A DNA stretch of 24,000 nucleotides from the NCBI GenBank assembly GCA_029838195.1, contig JALGVJ010000020.1, positions 22,240 to 46,239 of the forward strand, given 5' to 3'. The first letter of the stretch is position 1, and each line of letters opens with the position of its first letter. Under the pieces are notes generated by a model that saw nothing but the letters and a program-made list of their open reading frames with translations, ran no database searches and had not been told where the DNA came from. Origin of the DNA: Promethearchaeota archaeon (lineage in GTDB: Archaea; Asgardarchaeota; Lokiarchaeia; Sigyniarchaeales; SOKP01). Positions 20,850-24,000 of this stretch are shown in pieces. The position numbers and the translations under genes were made by a program.

Positions 20850-21335
20850 ATGGTTAAATTACCAAAAGAAATGCAAAAAAAAGAAAAAGCCCGACCAAGA
20901 AGACCTCAAAAAGTAGTGAAAAGAGAGGGTACCTCACAATTTAGTTCCAGACAAATGAGGCGTAAAATGAAACAACAAGGCATCGATCTGGAACAAATTG
21001 AAGCAGAACGAGTGATTATTGAACAACCGCATCAAACCTTAGTAATTGAAGAACCCGAAATTGTATTGATGAAACAAGGGGGACAAGAAATTTATCAAAT
21101 TATTGGGAATGCTGAACCAATGGAACCCGAGCAGGTCATTCCCTTACAAAAGGAAGAAGGGCTGGAAAGCAAGGGATCCCCAGAAGAAACCGAACTCAAA
21201 CCCACCATTACAGAAGAAGATATCATGCTGGTAGCAGCTCAATCCAAGGTAGATAAAAAAGAAGCGGAAGCGGCTTTAATTGAAACGAATGGCGATATTG
21301 CAAAAGCGATTCTTCTTTTAAAAAATAGAATCTAA
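20850..21335 (+). CDS. nac: Nascent polypeptide-associated complex protein (NAC domain plus C-terminal UBA)
   Basis: NAC domain: RQMRRKMKQQGIDLEQIEAERVIIEQPHQTLVIEEPEIVLMKQGGQEIYQIIG. UBA domain: EEDIMLVAAQSKVDKKEAEAALIETNGDIAKAILLLK. It has an extra basic N-terminal extension and an acidic linker. Confidence 0.85.
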   Translation: MVKLPKEMQKKEKARPRRPQKVVKREGTSQFSSRQMRRKMKQQGIDLEQIEAERVIIEQPHQTLVIEEPEIVLMKQGGQEIYQIIGNAEPMEPEQVIPLQKEEGLESKGSPEETELKPTITEEDIMLVAAQSKVDKKEAEAALIETNGDIAKAILLLKNRI

Positions 21336-21408
21336 CTATAATAATAATTTATAATAAGAATATCTTTATTTAGTTTAATTCAAAAAAATAATTCCGATAT
21401 TAATATTA

Positions 21409-21939
21409 ATGCCTTCAAAAAAATCATCTTACCATGAGGAATGTCCTGTCTGTGGTGGCTTGATTTGGGGAAAAGGTCAAAAAGTATTGGTAGAAGGAAT
21501 AAAAATCACTATATGCCAAAATTGTGCTGAGAAAGCTAAGAAAATCATAAATACTCCCCGAACAGTGCCATCAAGACCTCCTGTCAAGCCCAAAACAATC
21601 GTTAAAACAAAACCTCGATCCCGTAGCAGTCCACCTCCTGATGAACCCTCTATTGAAATCGTTTCGGATTTTGCCAAGAAAATCCATCACGCTCGCATGA
21701 AAAAAAATCTCAGTCAAGACAAGCTCGCTCAACAAATTCAAGAAAAAGTTTCTTTAATCCGTAGAATCGAAGCAGGAAAAATAGAGCCACCTCTAAAGAT
21801 CGCAGGAAAATTAGAAAAAGTCTTGGGTATCAAGTTAATGAGAGAAACCACGGAAACGCCCGTTGATTATCGAAAATTCTTGAAAAAATCTAAAGGCACT
21901 AGCTTGGGAGATATCGCATTTATTAAGAAAAAAAAATAA
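21409..21939 (+). CDS. mbf1: Archaeal multiprotein bridging factor 1 (zinc ribbon plus Cro/C1-type HTH)
   Basis: N-terminal CPVCGG...CQNC ribbon, a Pro/basic linker, and the HTH IHHARMKKNLSQDKLAQQIQEKVSLIRRIEAGK. Confidence 0.85.
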   Translation: MPSKKSSYHEECPVCGGLIWGKGQKVLVEGIKITICQNCAEKAKKIINTPRTVPSRPPVKPKTIVKTKPRSRSSPPPDEPSIEIVSDFAKKIHHARMKKNLSQDKLAQQIQEKVSLIRRIEAGKIEPPLKIAGKLEKVLGIKLMRETTETPVDYRKFLKKSKGTSLGDIAFIKKKK

Positions 21940-21941
21940 AC

Positions 21942-22529
21942 TCATGACTCATTAATTTTTATTTCCGTTTTCTCACAGACTAGAATGCGTTTCTTTAAAA
22001 ATTCTATGATATCTTTATTATCTTGCGCTTCTAAAATACCGCCGCATTCGGGACATCTAAAATTGAGCTCATATGCATCATCAAAATTATATTTGATGGT
22101 TTTATCTTCGCATTGATTGCAAATGAAAAAATAATTGTTTTCCTCAAAATAAAGCCTATCCCGTAATTTCATTTCCATTAATTTCTTTTTTTCTTCCAAA
22201 ATTTCTTCTAATCGGTCAAATTCGTGCCACCAAAAATAGATAAACCACTCCGGAACTCACGCGAAACACGCAAGCTTTCCCGTAGATTTATCACGAATTC
22301 GCCGAAATTGAGCCAATTTTTCTCCGTATAAAGTATATAACGTTTTTCGAACGGTATTTAACTTAAGAATCTCATCTTCTTCTTCCGGTTCGAATTTCAC
22401 TTCTTTCCCGCTTTTTAAAATTCGTTCCTTGATATTTTCCGTGATGTCCTCGTCGGTAATGTCTTTCCCTTCCGAATTAATCAATTCTAAACCCACTTCA
22501 ATGGCCACATCTCCACCAATTATGTACAA
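21942..22529 (-). CDS. tfe: Transcription factor E (TFE, TFIIE-alpha homologue) interrupted by one in-frame TGA at 22259..22257
   Basis: The two track ORFs (22257..22529 and 21942..22199) are in the same phase. Read through, the frame gives a winged helix (...NTVRKTLYTLYGEKLAQFRRIRDKSTG[KLACFA*VPE]WFIYFWW...) and then a zinc ribbon (FFICNQC...FRCPECGGIL), matching TFE end to end. The N-terminus is uncertain: the frame stays open upstream to 22589 with no ATG or GTG. Confidence 0.8.
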
Positions 22530-22678
22530 AAAAGATTCTAAATATTTGTTTAATTGTTTAATTGCAATAAACCCCTTTTTTATCTTCTTTTATTAACCTA
22601 ATATAAGGTAGCAAACAAAAATTAAGTTTACTTTTTCTAAAAAAAATAAAGCATGAGGCTAATTTTAAAAATAAAAAT

Positions 22679-23455
22679 CTATACAATGATAGAATATTGT
22701 TTTTTCAAGGTGGTTCCATTTACCTCGAGAACTCTCTCCAATGTTCCTTTTCTTATAGCCCTAATCCGCAAGAATCTGGAATTTTTCACGTTTTTAGGAA
22801 TCTCTATTTCGGTAATGGAATAATTATTGGAAAGAAGAATTGTTTTCCATTTTTCTGGTAAATCCGATGCAAAATCTGACAAGGCCAATTTAATGATTGT
22901 TGCCATGTTCTCCGTGGTATTGGCAAGAACTCCCGTGCAAAAATCTACCTTTGAATTCACGTCCTCCTCCATTGGTTGTTTTCTCGACGGTTGAGGAAGT
23001 CTTTTTTTCGTGATAACTCGATGATTTGAATCATGTTTAAAACTCAATAGTAAATAGCCATGCGTTCTTAATTGCTCAATGATTTCTAATAATTTTTGTT
23101 TCTCCAACTCATCGGAAATCTCTGCTTTATAATTTTCTGCTTTTCCCTTGGATTTCTTTAGAGCCCAATTTAACCCTAATTCTTTTAGCAAGGGATTGAT
23201 ATCTTGACCCGTGTATAATACCCCTGTTATCTTGATGGACCCCGCAGGAATGGAAGATACCACGATTTCTTGAATGAGATCTTCATAATCAAAACTCCCT
23301 TTCAAGGTTATCTTTGACCTCGTTTGAGTGATTTTCAACGCTGGACCTGAAAATTTACCCCGCGAATATCGATAAAAATGCCGATGAACATTCATGTGGT
23401 TCTTTGCTGGCTCCTCCAACTGAGGTGTTCTAATTATTTGTTCTAAAAAATGCAT
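22679..23455 (-). CDS. Hypothetical protein (258 aa)
   Basis: Long ATG-initiated ORF with balanced composition. No family was recognised from memory. Confidence 0.5.
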   Translation of the reverse strand: MHFLEQIIRTPQLEEPAKNHMNVHRHFYRYSRGKFSGPALKITQTRSKITLKGSFDYEDLIQEIVVSSIPAGSIKITGVLYTGQDINPLLKELGLNWALKKSKGKAENYKAEISDELEKQKLLEIIEQLRTHGYLLLSFKHDSNHRVITKKRLPQPSRKQPMEEDVNSKVDFCTGVLANTTENMATIIKLALSDFASDLPEKWKTILLSNNYSITEIEIPKNVKNSRFLRIRAIRKGTLERVLEVNGTTLKKQYSIIV

Positions 23456-23568
23456 CTTTTTCCAGCCTCAAAGTCTATTATGTTGGTAAGATCATGGATT
23501 CAATAAGGAATCATTTCTAATAATATTAATGAAAAAATTAAATATGAGTTCTTAATTTTTATTATTCA

Positions 23569-23850
23569 GTGAATATGGAAAGTATAACGTCCCTTTTTTA
23601 CGTAGATTTGCTCCTAAGCCTTATGCAACAAGAACACAAATTCAAGAAATTAGCAGAATTACCCTCTCTCGTCTTATGGATATTAGCGTGGATTTTTCTC
23701 GCCTTAGGCGTTTTTTTCTTCATCATATTAGCATTATATACTAAATACGGCAGAGAAACCTCAATAAAATTATCTATCATTACCATCTCAATTGGCTCAA
23801 TTTTTCTAGGCTTTTCCTTGCATTTCTTGTTATTGAATTTTGGCATTTAA
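23569..23850 (+). CDS. Small membrane protein (hypothetical, GTG/ATG start uncertain)
   Basis: Two to three hydrophobic helices (LVLWILAWIFLALGVFFFIILALY, IITISIGSIFLGFSLHFLLL). There is no homology evidence. Confidence 0.3.
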   Translation: MNMESITSLFYVDLLLSLMQQEHKFKKLAELPSLVLWILAWIFLALGVFFFIILALYTKYGRETSIKLSIITISIGSIFLGFSLHFLLLNFGI

Positions 23851-24000
23851 AGCAAAAATTATTAAGCTCTTGACAAGGATTAATCATTAGGACATTGGTA
23901 TCCTTTCGCTCTTGTTTATTGGATGGATTTTACGTTTCCTTTTATCGTTGACGTATTATTATCTCCGCGTTATAATTCATGAAAACAAACGAGTAATAAA

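Noticed and set aside
22257-22259. Genome-wide reassignment of TGA to a sense codon
   Set aside because: TGA terminates at least three other ORFs in the window at their expected C-termini (1624-1626, 11995-11997, 17758-17760).
22250-22274. BHB-type mRNA intron removing the TGA from tfe (by analogy with the 23S mini-intron and crenarchaeal cbf5)
   Set aside because: The best BHB-like fold uses the central helix GGAA/UUCC, a 3-nt bulge AGC and a relaxed G/GGA loop. It would excise 25 nt and shift the frame, destroying the conserved WFIYFWW strand. I tested all registers giving 27, 30 or 33-nt introns and none forms a 4-bp central helix.
22249-22280. Gene-60-style translational bypass from GGA (Gly, 22280..22278) to the downstream GGA (22251..22249)
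   Set aside because: Landing on that GGA puts the ribosome out of frame relative to the conserved downstream sequence.

Overview
This is an AT-rich archaeal chromosome segment in which the structural RNAs stand out as GC-rich islands. The gene content is archaeal: aRF1, PAN, NAC, MBF1, TFE and archaeal-type CoA genes. A Rab-like small GTPase carrying RabF-like motifs and a ~3.3 kb 23S rRNA with an enlarged 3' domain suggest an Asgard (Loki-like) lineage. That is inference only, since no database search was possible.

Layout:
- aRF1 N-terminal fragment at the left edge.
- CoA cluster: phosphopantothenate synthetase, GNAT, ketopantoate reductase.
- DUF72 protein.
- A stand-alone 23S rRNA unit (about 3.65-7.64 kb) with no 16S, 5S or tRNA attached.
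- RmuC, then a 740-bp gene-less spacer.
- HPS-like protein plus stomatin.
- Metallophosphoesterase, IlvE, tRNA-Cys.
- Rab-like GTPase locus, MazG-like protein.
- Information-processing cluster: PAN, PUA protein, NAC, MBF1, TFE.

Main observations:
1. A textbook bulge-helix-bulge (BHB) motif bounds a 36-nt AT-rich mini-intron in the helix-89 loop of the 23S rRNA. Removing it restores the universal loop sequence exactly.
2. A second canonical BHB lies in the leader/trailer processing stem of the 23S rRNA.
3. The TFE gene is one continuous frame broken by a single TGA. The stop sits inside a lineage-specific 30-nt GC-rich insert, in a C-x-x-TGA context.
4. The Rab-like GTPase carries a ~380-aa disordered tail that ends in a zinc ribbon. 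A convergent neighbour ends in the same CxxC-x10-CxxC ribbon.

No CRISPR array, transposase, integrase or prophage signal was seen.
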